From positions 124,001 through 188,000 of the IMG/VR virus record IMGVR_UViG_3300042515_001753: a stretch of 64,000 nucleotides of DNA; one strand, 5' to 3'. The notes under the pieces are model-generated. The model saw only the letters and a program-made list of their open reading frames with translations, was not told where the DNA came from and made no database searches. Of this stretch, positions 1-8,568 are shown one piece after another (the first letter of the stretch is position 1; every line of letters starts with the position of its first letter). A program made the translations under genes and the position numbers.

Positions 1-62
1 CTCTAAAAGGAGATGAGTTCCCATTGAATACTGTTCCAATTATTATTCTAGTAAAAAGTTAT

Positions 63-698
63 TTATTTCTTCTCTAAGTCAACAATTTCGTACATATAAT
101 GATCTGATGTTTCCAGTTTTCTCTTATTTTCTACAGAATAAACTGTCATATCAATCTCATAACCAGGATTTTTATCGATCCTATTGAATGTCCAGGCATT
201 ATCATACCAAATAATGCGATTGTTTGGATATGCATAGTAATTTCCTGTTTCAACTTTAAATAAATGAGCACACTTATGCTCCGGAGTCTCTGAAAAATTT
301 AAATCGGGTACTCCTTTATTCTCCCAAGACCAGTCGAGAGTAAACATGTAAGTTCCTAATACTTTTTTTCCGTCCGGACGAATGAGTTGTGCATCTAAAT
401 TTGCAAGTCTGTGCCTTCTTTGAACATCAATATAAGGTGAAAAGCAGTCCCAATACATAATGTCTTCTAAGGGTTCTATTTCTGCATTCGAATCCCAACA
501 AAAGGCATGTAAAGGTCTTCTAGTCCAATTTACACCATTCTCTAAGAATGCTTCGAAAAGAGGTACACGTTTTTCTATACTTGCCACAGAGTGAACATCA
601 CATTTAGTTACTTCGCCATGACCTTTATTCTGATTATAAAGAAACTCATTACGAATGTAACAAGACCAATCTGGTAAACTATGATTTAAGTAAGCCAA
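63..698 (-). CDS. conserved cyanophage hypothetical protein
   Basis: 211-aa ORF in the minus-strand operon; no catalytic motif recognised. Confidence 0.6.
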   Translation of the reverse strand: MAYLNHSLPDWSCYIRNEFLYNQNKGHGEVTKCDVHSVASIEKRVPLFEAFLENGVNWTRRPLHAFCWDSNAEIEPLEDIMYWDCFSPYIDVQRRHRLANLDAQLIRPDGKKVLGTYMFTLDWSWENKGVPDLNFSETPEHKCAHLFKVETGNYYAYPNNRIIWYDNAWTFNRIDKNPGYEIDMTVYSVENKRKLETSDHYMYEIVDLEKK

Positions 699-1063
699 TT
701 CATTTCCTCTTGTTGGTATGTGTTAAGTAGTTCTTCGTCTTTAGAAATGTCTTTAGATGCGTACCAAGATCCATTTTCATAATTATATTTTACATTTTCA
801 TTATAAAGTGTATGATTAATATAATATGCACCATAAGTTTTGTTGAGATCACAATCAATCCAGAATCCTTCATCATCATTAAGAGTGATTGATTTCACTC
901 TACCGTGAATGTTATCTGAAATCGAATTCCAAGATATTTTTATTTTTTTATTTGATTCAAATATGACTGTTCCTTTTGGAATATCCACTAAAGAAAAAAC
1001 ACCTACTCCAGCACAGACTTTACTAGGTGCTAGGTAGGTGTAGAGTGTTAAATCAGGAGTCAT
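686..1063 (-). CDS. SET-domain protein (putative lysine methyltransferase)
   Basis: GVGVF..DIPKGT, YINH and A.KDI.KDEEL..TY motifs in SET order. Confidence 0.7.
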   Translation of the reverse strand: MTPDLTLYTYLAPSKVCAGVGVFSLVDIPKGTVIFESNKKIKISWNSISDNIHGRVKSITLNDDEGFWIDCDLNKTYGAYYINHTLYNENVKYNYENGSWYASKDISKDEELLNTYQQEEMNWLT

Positions 1064-1066
1064 CCC

Positions 1067-1210
1067 TTATCCCTGACCTCTATATCTTTTACGAGCTTTA
1101 TTACGAGACGTAGCAGAATACTTAGTATGAGCACCACAACCTTGCTTGGTCTTCTTGGGAAGAGATTCGATTACCTGCTTTCCACCACCCGATGATTTTT
1201 TAATTGCCAT
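1067..1210 (-). CDS. small basic protein (47 aa)
   Basis: Own translation MAIKKSSGGGKQ...RNKARKRYRGQG; coupled to neighbours; below the ORF-track cutoff. Confidence 0.6.
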   Translation of the reverse strand: MAIKKSSGGGKQVIESLPKKTKQGCGAHTKYSATSRNKARKRYRGQG

Positions 1211-1374
1211 TAATTTTCTCCTATAATTTCAGTTTCAATTTCATTTGGATTTGGAGAACCTGTCTGATAAAATTGTTCCGACAGATCCTCCATAGTATTA
1301 AAGTATTCTTCTTCTGTAAGATTGGAATAAATTTTACGACCCTTACAGATTATATTGTAAGATTCGTTAGACAT
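1210..1374 (-). CDS. small acidic hypothetical protein (54 aa)
   Basis: Own translation MSNESYNIICKGRKIY...; start and stop overlap both neighbours. Confidence 0.6.
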   Translation of the reverse strand: MSNESYNIICKGRKIYSNLTEEEYFNTMEDLSEQFYQTGSPNPNEIETEIIGEN

Positions 1375-2132
1375 CAAATCACTCTTGTCTTTTCGTGACC
1401 GACTCTAATACGAGGATCGCACCAAATTTCAAATCCTGCTTCCTTTGCATCCAAACAGAATGATACATCTTCTCCACACATATCCTGAACTTCTCCGGAT
1501 TCAAAGACTTGCATCTTGGGAGCAAACCAGGGATACTTCATTTCGGAGTGTTCAAATACTCCGTGCTTAATCAGTAACCAACCAAATCCTGCATAATCAA
1601 CGGTGAATGGTTTACGACGCTTTGAGATACTCTCAACAGTTTCGTGATTCATAACTCCACCATTATTACGGAAGTCATCTTCTTCCATCCAGTGAGCGAC
1701 TGATGTGGTGTGCCCATCTTCTGTTGCATACCATCCCGATGCGATATCCCTATCCATCAGAACAAGTTGCCAGAATTTTTCAGTATTAAAGACAATATCA
1801 GAGTCAATCCAAAGTTGCCAATCATACTTAAGTTTTCCATCCCAAGGAAGCTGGTCAGGTCCACGAAGAACATTTGCACCAAGGCACTTGCATCTTGCAA
1901 AGTTTACCATCGATGAATAGTCTTGGGAGATTTGAATACTTGCACCGTTCTGTACAAGATCAAAACATAATTGAACAAAACTCTTTAGGTAGGCATATGA
2001 GACTCCTCTTCCAGGAAGACAAAAGACAATTGATTTGCCTCTCACCATTTCTTTTGCGAGTTCATAATCCCACTCAATTTCTTTATTTGATGCCACGGGG
2101 GCGTTTGCTTTTACGGTAAATCCTTTAGCCAT
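1374..2132 (-). CDS. GT-A fold glycosyltransferase-like protein
   Basis: WIDSDIVF DxD motif, GFGWLLI, GEDVSFC, IRVGHEK. Confidence 0.7.
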   Translation of the reverse strand: MAKGFTVKANAPVASNKEIEWDYELAKEMVRGKSIVFCLPGRGVSYAYLKSFVQLCFDLVQNGASIQISQDYSSMVNFARCKCLGANVLRGPDQLPWDGKLKYDWQLWIDSDIVFNTEKFWQLVLMDRDIASGWYATEDGHTTSVAHWMEEDDFRNNGGVMNHETVESISKRRKPFTVDYAGFGWLLIKHGVFEHSEMKYPWFAPKMQVFESGEVQDMCGEDVSFCLDAKEAGFEIWCDPRIRVGHEKTRVI

Positions 2133-2154
2133 AATTGAAAGTAGTTACTTCAGT

Positions 2155-2183
2155 ATCATACATCATTATGTATCTATTGTCAA
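2155..2183 (-). promoter_or_regulatory. sigma70-type early promoter
   Basis: TTGACA-N17-TATGAT upstream of the ATG at 2132. Confidence 0.75.
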
Positions 2184-2354
2184 TTACTCTTTTTCTGAGA
2201 GAATGACTTCTTCTCCATCTAATGAGAATTTAATTTCAGTATCCTCATACCAAGAAAGTTCATTAATAATTTGCTCGGGAATAATCACAAAATATTTTCC
2301 TGTAATTGGATCAACCTGTACGGACTCAAAAATTTCTCCGGAATTTTTTTTCAT
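2184..2354 (-). CDS. AbrB/MazE-like DNA-binding protein (56 aa)
   Basis: Own translation ...GKYFVIIPEQIINELSWYEDTEIKFSLDGEEVILSEKE fits the swapped-hairpin pattern. Confidence 0.55.
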   Translation of the reverse strand: MKKNSGEIFESVQVDPITGKYFVIIPEQIINELSWYEDTEIKFSLDGEEVILSEKE

Positions 2355-2566
2355 CTTCGTGTTTATAAAACCTTATTTTATTTTTATATAGCGAAAAAAA
2401 TTTTTATGTTTGGTGTTTATATATCTCTCGCTTCCGTAACACTTTGTAGGTTAGGGTAGTTAGGCGTTTTTATATACGGGGGCGCGGGACCCGGACGCGG
2501 CACCAAGGGGACTGTCCTATCACGAACGACCAGACTGCCCCCACACGAACGACCAAGGGGTAGGGG

Positions 2567-2746
2567 TCAGTACCCCAACCAGACCAGGAACTCACCGGCA
2601 TCGACCCCGCCGAAGGCAGAGGTTACCCCGTACTCAGTCCGGAAGTCATCGAACAGACCGTGCTCCTTTGCTGCCTGACAGGCGGTGCTCCACCTGATTT
2701 GCCCGTTGTCGTCGGCAGCGTTGAGAAGGATTTGGGAGAAGGTCAT
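2567..2746 (-). CDS. small early hypothetical protein
   Basis: Start reassigned to MTFSQ, after the repeated promoter/leader. Confidence 0.6.
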   Translation of the reverse strand: MTFSQILLNAADDNGQIRWSTACQAAKEHGLFDDFRTEYGVTSAFGGVDAGEFLVWLGY

Positions 2747-2823
2747 CAGGGTCGGTTGCTTTGGAACTGAGAGAATCATACCACGAATCGGGGGGCAGGG
2801 AACGAACCCCACCCCCACGAATC

Positions 2824-3090
2824 TCACCCCACCCAGGTCAGACGCTTCGCTTCGGGGTTGCACCAGTGCTGATGCCCCGGACCCTGCCAACCCACGAACG
2901 GGGTGTGAAGGTCTGCCAACTCAACAGCGGACAGACCATCATTCTCCCATCCCCGCGTATGGGAGTTTGCCTGATGCCCCTGCTTTACTTCCCATTCTGT
3001 GCCATTGAACTTAGGAAGGTTGCTGACCTTAGTTCCGACCCATACGGTGCTGCGGGTCTGGAGGTCGGATGCTTGGTTGTAGAGTGCCAT
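2824..3090 (-). CDS. small early hypothetical protein
   Basis: MALYNQ start follows the repeated leader. Confidence 0.55.
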   Translation of the reverse strand: MALYNQASDLQTRSTVWVGTKVSNLPKFNGTEWEVKQGHQANSHTRGWENDGLSAVELADLHTPFVGWQGPGHQHWCNPEAKRLTWVG

Positions 3091-3136
3091 TAGGTGGGTT
3101 GCTTTGGAACTGAGAGAATCATAGCACGGAATGGGG

Positions 3137-3301
3137 TCAGAGGGAAACCCACCCCTGCTTGATGCGGCGCTCAAGATGGCGGGCAGCAAGGTCCTCTTTA
3201 CGGGTCATCGCTGCCTGACCGGGACGGGGACCACGGCGGGGCAGGCGGGTGACCTTCATTTCACCAGAGGCAATGGCAGCGTTCAGTTCGGCAGAGGTCA
3301 T
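3137..3301 (-). CDS. small basic early protein
   Basis: MTSAEL start follows the repeated leader. Confidence 0.55.
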   Translation of the reverse strand: MTSAELNAAIASGEMKVTRLPRRGPRPGQAAMTRKEDLAARHLERRIKQGWVSL

Positions 3302-3372
3302 CGGGTCAGGTGTCGGTTGCTTTGGAATTCTACAGTATAGAGGGGGCACCGGTCAAGGTCCCCCAGAGGGTC

Positions 3373-3561
3373 TCACCCTAGGTGGTAGCGCGACCCGTTG
3401 GCATATGCCCCAGAGGTCACCAGATGCCGGTTCATTGAATCAACCCAGAGCTGCATTTGAGCAGGCGACTGGCGTAGGTCATCATTGGCAATAACCGTGA
3501 TGGTGCGACCGTTGGTGGGGTCAAACCAGGTCAGCAGAGCACGGTTTAGGTTTGAGTTCAT
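3373..3561 (-). CDS. small early hypothetical protein
   Basis: MNSNLN start follows the repeated leader. Confidence 0.55.
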   Translation of the reverse strand: MNSNLNRALLTWFDPTNGRTITVIANDDLRQSPAQMQLWVDSMNRHLVTSGAYANGSRYHLG

Positions 3562-3603
3562 CGGGGTGGGTTGCTTTGGAACTGAGAGAATCATAGCACA
3601 GAA

Positions 3604-3828
3604 TCAGGCGGCATCCCGCGCCGCTAGCAGCAGGGCATGAAACTTGTGGAATTTATGGGTCATTCCGATAGAGAGGGTCGGTCTCCCGTTGCTGCCCCCA
3701 TGAGGCAGAGTGAAGGTCTGGGCGATGGTGGGATGGGTGACCTTAAGATGCTTGCTACCGGGGGTGATGGTGGCGCCTGCCTTGCAGAGTTGGCGTTGAG
3801 CGTCACGAATCTTGACTGGTGATGCCAT
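3604..3828 (-). CDS. HicA-like toxin/RNase fold protein
   Basis: 74 aa, L.KAG....GSKHLKVTHP....TLPHG....LSIG resembles HicA (GSH..HP..P.H..L..G). Confidence 0.55.
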   Translation of the reverse strand: MASPVKIRDAQRQLCKAGATITPGSKHLKVTHPTIAQTFTLPHGGSNGRPTLSIGMTHKFHKFHALLLAARDAA

Positions 3829-3860
3829 CGGGGGGTTGCGGTTGATAGTATTGTAGCAGG

Positions 3861-4067
3861 TCAGCGGTCGTTTAGGTGCTGGTCAAACCCCCGTGCCATT
3901 CCCTCCAGAAAAGCGGCACCGATACCCTGCCAGAAGGTCGGGTCCTTGACGCTAGCGCCCAGGGCATCCATCCATTCCTGAGTGGTGGTATCAGCGATCT
4001 GCTGCCGCTGCTCTGGGGTCAGGTCATCCAGGAACTGCTGCAGGTCGTCGGTTGCGTTGCGGGTCAT
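3861..4067 (-). CDS. small acidic early protein
   Basis: ORF with its own promoter/leader. Confidence 0.55.
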   Translation of the reverse strand: MTRNATDDLQQFLDDLTPEQRQQIADTTTQEWMDALGASVKDPTFWQGIGAAFLEGMARGFDQHLNDR

Positions 4068-4117
4068 CAGAAGCGGTTGCGGTTGATAGTATTGTAGCAG
4101 GTCGGGGGTCAGACCCC

Positions 4118-4297
4118 TCAGATTCCGTTGAGGAAGTCTGCCAGTGCCTCATCGTATTCTGCTTTGGTTTGGAAGGTCCTCCCGTGGATGGTTCGGGGAT
4201 AGGTGGCATCCAAACCAGCGGCAGCGACGTTCCGGCAGTCCTGCTCATCGTATCCCATTTCAATCAGGGTTGCGACGTAGGGGTTGAAGGCGGTCAT
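4118..4297 (-). CDS. small early hypothetical protein
   Basis: MTAFNP start follows the leader. Confidence 0.55.
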   Translation of the reverse strand: MTAFNPYVATLIEMGYDEQDCRNVAAAGLDATYPRTIHGRTFQTKAEYDEALADFLNGI

Positions 4298-4349
4298 TCG
4301 GGTCGGTGTCGGTGGAACTGATGAAATCATAGCACGGAATGGGGGCAGA

Positions 4350-4466
4350 TTACCACCACCACTCGCCAAAGTTTTTGCCGTTGTGGGGGAGTCCTACGGC
4401 AACCCATAGGATGGGGATGATGAATGCGGCGGCGAGCAGGAGTCCGGCAGCGACATAGTGGTTCAT
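4350..4466 (-). CDS. small membrane peptide (38 aa)
   Basis: Own translation MNHYVAAGLLLAAAFIIPILWVAVG..., one hydrophobic segment. Confidence 0.45.
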   Translation of the reverse strand: MNHYVAAGLLLAAAFIIPILWVAVGLPHNGKNFGEWWW

Positions 4467-4554
4467 CGGGTCGGTTCGTTTGGTATGCTTTAGTCTACAG
4501 GGTCATCGGCGCCGGTCTGGGGCAGCGTGTGCCAGTCTGGCAATTGGTTAGGTA

Positions 4555-4704
4555 TCAGAACTGAATCTCACTTAGAGTAGGATTAGCAGCGGAATCAGGA
4601 CCGACACTATCAGAAACCCCATCAACAATTGAATCAAGAATTTGGAGAATTTGCTCACCATTCGAACCTTTAGCAAGGAGTGAGAGAAGGACATCGCGGG
4701 ACAT
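4555..4704 (-). CDS. small hypothetical protein (49 aa)
   Basis: Own translation MSRDVLLSLLAKGSNGEQILQILDSI... Confidence 0.55.
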   Translation of the reverse strand: MSRDVLLSLLAKGSNGEQILQILDSIVDGVSDSVGPDSAANPTLSEIQF

Positions 4705-4771
4705 AATGTAGAATGAAAAATGTTAATGAAAGTGTGGGAGAAGTTTAGAGTCATTCCCCAGGACTTGAGAT

Positions 4772-5032
4772 TTAGAAGTCGAAAACGTCGCCGTTGATTT
4801 CTGCGCGGTTGATTTTAGGGTCAGTCCATTTCACACCGTCGCGGGTTTCTTTGGCACCACAATCATACATCAATTCCAGCAGTTCTTCATAGCAGCAGAT
4901 ATCACGTTCTTCGATAGCATCCTGAACGTAAGCATCATTCTGAATCCAGAGAGCTACGTTCCAGGTTTCATAATTGGTCCAACCGTTGTAGGTTTGGTCG
5001 GTCAGGCAGGTCTGGTAGGTGGTGACGGTCAT
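4772..5032 (-). CDS. conserved phage hypothetical protein
   Basis: YNGWTNYETWNVALWI motif common in phage early proteins. Confidence 0.65.
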   Translation of the reverse strand: MTVTTYQTCLTDQTYNGWTNYETWNVALWIQNDAYVQDAIEERDICCYEELLELMYDCGAKETRDGVKWTDPKINRAEINGDVFDF

Positions 5033-5106
5033 TTGCTTGGGTTGGTTGGTATGAATCAATTATAAGGGGTGGAGAGGGTGCCATGGGCACCCGATGTGCC
5101 AGTTCC

Positions 5107-5304
5107 TCAGGCGGCACACATCAGGGCGGATTCCATACTCACCTCCCGAACATCCATCTTGGAGTAATCATAACCCTCCTGCTCCTCAAGATACACAAGG
5201 TAAGCATTTGCGGTGGAGAAGCAGTCAAACAAGCGGAGCGATTTGAAGTCCTCACCTTCATAATCCCAACCACCGATGACAGCGTAGACTTTAGTGATTT
5301 GCAT
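5107..5304 (-). CDS. small acidic early protein
   Basis: MQITKVYAVIGGWDYEGE; own promoter cassette. Confidence 0.6.
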   Translation of the reverse strand: MQITKVYAVIGGWDYEGEDFKSLRLFDCFSTANAYLVYLEEQEGYDYSKMDVREVSMESALMCAA

Positions 5305-5373
5305 TTGCTTGGGTTGCGTGGTATGAATCAATTATAAGGGGTGGAGAGGGTGCCAGAGGCACCCGGTGTGCCA

Positions 5374-5541
5374 CTATGCCAGGTGGGCGAACTGTGCCAG
5401 ACTGCTGGGGGCGATGTGGGAGGGGGACCCGCAGGACTTGTAGAAGTCTACCATCCTCTCCGCCTCGTCAAGGGTGCCGAAGAACTGGGAGCGCCACTCG
5501 GTCTGGTTGTAGGGGGTCTGGTAGCGGACTTCGATTCGCAT
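5374..5541 (-). CDS. small hypothetical protein (55 aa)
   Basis: Own translation MRIEVRYQTPYNQTEWRSQFF...; leader and TAGAAT -10 upstream. Confidence 0.6.
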   Translation of the reverse strand: MRIEVRYQTPYNQTEWRSQFFGTLDEAERMVDFYKSCGSPSHIAPSSLAQFAHLA

Positions 5542-5747
5542 CGGTTGGGTTGCTTGGTATGGGATAATTCTACAGGGTCTGGGGGGTCTGGGGGCAGGTG
5601 GTGGACGGTTCGGAAAGTGGCACAGCAGCGGCAGCAGGGTGCTTCTGGGGCATTATGATAATGGGACAAGGGAGAGAGGGGCAAGGTCGCCCTGATGACG
5701 CAAACGGTCGGTACTGGGGCAGCTCTAAAATAAAAAAAGAAAAGTAT

Positions 5748-5770
5748 AAAAAAAGGGGCTAAGTTGCCCC
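5748..5770 (-). terminator. intrinsic terminator
   Basis: GGGGC-AACTTA-GCCCC followed by T7 just after the stop at 5777. Confidence 0.75.
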
Positions 5771-5776
5771 CCTGAT

Positions 5777-6364
5777 TCAGATAACCTCCTTGCCGAACTT
5801 ACCACAGAGGTAGAATGCCATACCCTTATCTTTGAGGGTGCAACCTGCAAACATCAGAGGAACATAACGACCATTAGTTTTAGATGCTTTGGTGCGGATT
5901 TGCAGGAGTCCGTTAGGTCCGGTGATGGTGCTCAGTTGCTTTCCAGCGTTGAAAAGAGTTCGGATGGTATCACAAATGAAGGTGTAATCCTCTGCCAATT
6001 CTTGATAGTGCTCAGGGTGAGTCTCAGGATTCAGAACCTCGGTGCCCACATAATCGTTGGCACGGGTGAAACCAACGTAGATGGTTTGAGAGAGTTTTTC
6101 TCCAACCTTACTGTCGGCAAAGGTTACACCGTCCTCCAGAATCTCAGAGAGGCAGTGCTTCAACTGTGTGACGGCGATAGACTCACCAACCGTGAAAGTC
6201 TTAAGTTCACCGTCCACCAAATCTTTGAGGTTGGAACTGTTAGGAATGCCCAGAGCAGTTTCAATCAGTTGACCCCGTGAACCTTTGTTTTTAGCAGGTT
6301 TGGCAAATGCGGAAAAGTTGGTGACCTTCAGTTGGGCAGCGACTTGAAGAACGTTCAGGGTCAT
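5777..6364 (-). CDS. MutH/Sau3AI-like PD-(D/E)xK endonuclease
   Basis: NKGSRGQLIETALG...D...ELKT and LQIRTKAS parallel MutH DKG..G..LE..LG / ELKT / LQLRPKA; start at MTLNVL after a TTGACC-N17-CATACT promoter. Confidence 0.65.
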   Translation of the reverse strand: MTLNVLQVAAQLKVTNFSAFAKPAKNKGSRGQLIETALGIPNSSNLKDLVDGELKTFTVGESIAVTQLKHCLSEILEDGVTFADSKVGEKLSQTIYVGFTRANDYVGTEVLNPETHPEHYQELAEDYTFICDTIRTLFNAGKQLSTITGPNGLLQIRTKASKTNGRYVPLMFAGCTLKDKGMAFYLCGKFGKEVI

Positions 6365-6442
6365 TTGCTTGGGTGGGTTGCTTATGAACATAGTATGACA
6401 CGGCACGGGGGGCAGGTCAACCCCCCGAACCATCAGCGTTGC

Positions 6443-7345
6443 TTATGCGACCTGAAACCTCCCGTTGTTGAAGTTAGCATAACTGAAGACCTCACGATTG
6501 ACCAGTTTGAACATACCAAACTGATTGGACATTACATAACCTTCGGCATCAATTCGGTCATAACCAAGATAAGCAGCAGGACCCGAATTGCGACAGATAA
6601 AGAGGCAATCTTCCTTGATGGACTTCACTAGTGCCCACAGTCCAATCAGGTTAGGGTCACAATTAAAATCCTCAAACTCTTGGGCAATGATAGCATCACC
6701 GGCACGAATACAGGCATTCAGTTGTTGCTTAATCTTTGCTGCTTGCTTGTCAGAAACAAACTCTACTGTGGTTGCAACTTGCCGGGCAAAGGATACAACC
6801 TCCTCAACATCAGCGAAGGACTCCTGATTGTGGGCGATGTATGCATCAGGTTTGACAAACTTTACGCTGTCGGTGTCATTCCAGATGGCACGATCAGGCA
6901 TCGCCACAGCATCACGCAAATCAGATTCTGCAAAGTAGCAGGTATGCGGAGCAACGATGATTTGCTGAGAAACTACTTCAGGAAACTTGTAAGTGATCGT
7001 GTTGGGAGTATACTCATCAGAACCACCAAACCCAATAAAATCACATTGGTAGACAGTATCTGTGCGAGGAAGATAATCAAAACAAGCGTGAAGAATACGC
7101 GCAACTTCACCCTGATGGTTTGCATCAATTTCTTCATGAGAGTGATTGATTTTGATTTTAACTTTGTTGAATACACTTTTGGTTCCCACGAAATACTTTC
7201 CCGTGGCAGGATTGGTGCCCCAAACAATAGCAGGACTTCCATCAATCTTTACACTCAGGGGTCCGGGATTCACGAACCAATCCAACACGGTCAGGTCGCC
7301 GGTCAGGATAGAATCTTCGGGGTGTTCGAGGTGGGTGTTTTTCAT
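6443..7345 (-). CDS. putative ATP-dependent ligase-like nucleotidyltransferase
   Basis: KIDG (motif I), EGYV (motif IV) and FKLVNR (motif V-like). Confidence 0.5.
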   Translation of the reverse strand: MKNTHLEHPEDSILTGDLTVLDWFVNPGPLSVKIDGSPAIVWGTNPATGKYFVGTKSVFNKVKIKINHSHEEIDANHQGEVARILHACFDYLPRTDTVYQCDFIGFGGSDEYTPNTITYKFPEVVSQQIIVAPHTCYFAESDLRDAVAMPDRAIWNDTDSVKFVKPDAYIAHNQESFADVEEVVSFARQVATTVEFVSDKQAAKIKQQLNACIRAGDAIIAQEFEDFNCDPNLIGLWALVKSIKEDCLFICRNSGPAAYLGYDRIDAEGYVMSNQFGMFKLVNREVFSYANFNNGRFQVA

Positions 7346-7411
7346 ACTGCTATTGTAAGGGGTCAGGAGGGGGTCTGGGGGGAACCGTGTGCCAGTTCCC
7401 CAAGTGTCGCA

Positions 7412-7753
7412 CTATACCAGAACCATTCCATTTACAAAGTCACACTCATTAAACACGGGGGAAGATCCTGCCTGCCCGATGAACTTGTGGATGAACCATT
7501 TAAAGTTCTTTTGGAATACACATTCACCCTGAATCCCGTGAACACGAAGAATAGCATTCAGGCGGGATTTGGTGGTAGCAGACTGCCAACCGCCATCAAA
7601 CAGAGTGACGAAATTATCACCAACTTCGGCAATCTTGTTGCCGTGAAGAGTAACAATTGCCACGCCATCTTCGTGAGTGACAGTAGTATTGCCGCTGCTG
7701 AAGTTGCGACCGTTGGTGATGGCAGCGTTCATCATCTTTTCAATCTTCCGCAT
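7412..7753 (-). CDS. conserved cyanophage hypothetical protein
   Basis: MRKIEK...LHGNKIA...TTKSRLNAIL. Confidence 0.65.
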   Translation of the reverse strand: MRKIEKMMNAAITNGRNFSSGNTTVTHEDGVAIVTLHGNKIAEVGDNFVTLFDGGWQSATTKSRLNAILRVHGIQGECVFQKNFKWFIHKFIGQAGSSPVFNECDFVNGMVLV

Positions 7754-7825
7754 TGGTTGGGTTGCGTGGTATGAATCAATTATAAGGGGTCGGAGGGGGC
7801 AGCGGAACCCCCTCTGTGCCACTAG

Positions 7826-8047
7826 TCAGACTGGCACAGCAGTTGCAGATTCTAACAAATCTATGGCAAACTCCTCACCATAAATCTCTGTAATCTCATT
7901 CACAATCTGCTCCTCAGTATAGTCTGCATACTCTGAGGTGATTAAATCAAAGAGCATAATCTCCATAGAATCATTATCTAAACCTTCGATAATATGGTTG
8001 GCATAATTATCAATGAATTGTTGAAATTGTGCTTTGTTGAGTGTCAT
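7826..8047 (-). CDS. small acidic protein
   Basis: D/E-rich; similar to 9428..9619. Confidence 0.6.
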   Translation of the reverse strand: MTLNKAQFQQFIDNYANHIIEGLDNDSMEIMLFDLITSEYADYTEEQIVNEITEIYGEEFAIDLLESATAVPV

Positions 8048-8056
8048 TTTGTTTGA

Positions 8057-8293
8057 TTAGTGAGTGTTAAGAACGTGAACGAAATCCAGAGAACAGACAC
8101 ACCAACCGGCATAATCTGTCACCTCTTCAACTAAAGCATCGGCAACAACTTCATCATCATAACCATCATCAACTTCAACCTCAAAGACATTACCAAGCAC
8201 ATCATCTAGCACTGCTTGTTGTTCTTCGGGGGTGAAGTCTAAGTCATCAAAATCAAAGGAAACTTCAGTAACTTGGAGGGTGAGGGTTGTCAT
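8057..8293 (-). CDS. highly acidic small protein
   Basis: About 30% D/E, no K or R. Confidence 0.65.
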   Translation of the reverse strand: MTTLTLQVTEVSFDFDDLDFTPEEQQAVLDDVLGNVFEVEVDDGYDDEVVADALVEEVTDYAGWCVCSLDFVHVLNTH

Positions 8294-8417
8294 TTACGCA
8301 GGGGAGAATTGAAGTAGGAACGAAACACCGAAACCACGATGATTGCGGTGCTGATGACACCAATCAAACCCAGATAGGTTACGGCGTCACCAGTGAATGT
8401 CATAATCTCAGGCATAA

Positions 8418-8564
8418 TCAATAGGTACGAATGGACTTAATTTTGTCATAGAGTTTGGAAATGTCTATGCAAAGAACTTCACTCACTTCCTCATAATCAT
8501 CATGAAACTCAATGAGTGCCAGCAGCGCACGAATCTCATTTTGGTTGAGTTCTAGAACTTCCAT
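8418..8564 (-). CDS. small hypothetical protein (48 aa)
   Basis: Own translation MEVLELNQNEIRALLALIEF... Confidence 0.5.
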   Translation of the reverse strand: MEVLELNQNEIRALLALIEFHDDYEEVSEVLCIDISKLYDKIKSIRTY

Positions 8565-8568
8565 AGTT

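Larger units (their letters stand above)
2749..4500 (-). repeat. repeated early promoter-leader unit, consensus TGCTATGATTCTCTCAGTTCCAAAGCAACC(C/G)ACCC..ATG, about 8 copies
   Basis: Copies near 2750, 3095, 3312, 3565, 3832, 4075, 4300 and 4468; extended -10 (TGn-TATGAT/TACAAT) before each small ORF. Confidence 0.8.

Noticed and set aside
5685-5730. Hammerhead ribozyme (GTC...CTGATGA)
   Set aside because: No GAAA after stem II and no consistent stems I and III.
6680-7774. Long plus-strand ORFs (also 40094-40675, 51625-52314 and most short + ORFs)
   Set aside because: They are antisense shadows of well-supported minus-strand genes and show no motifs.
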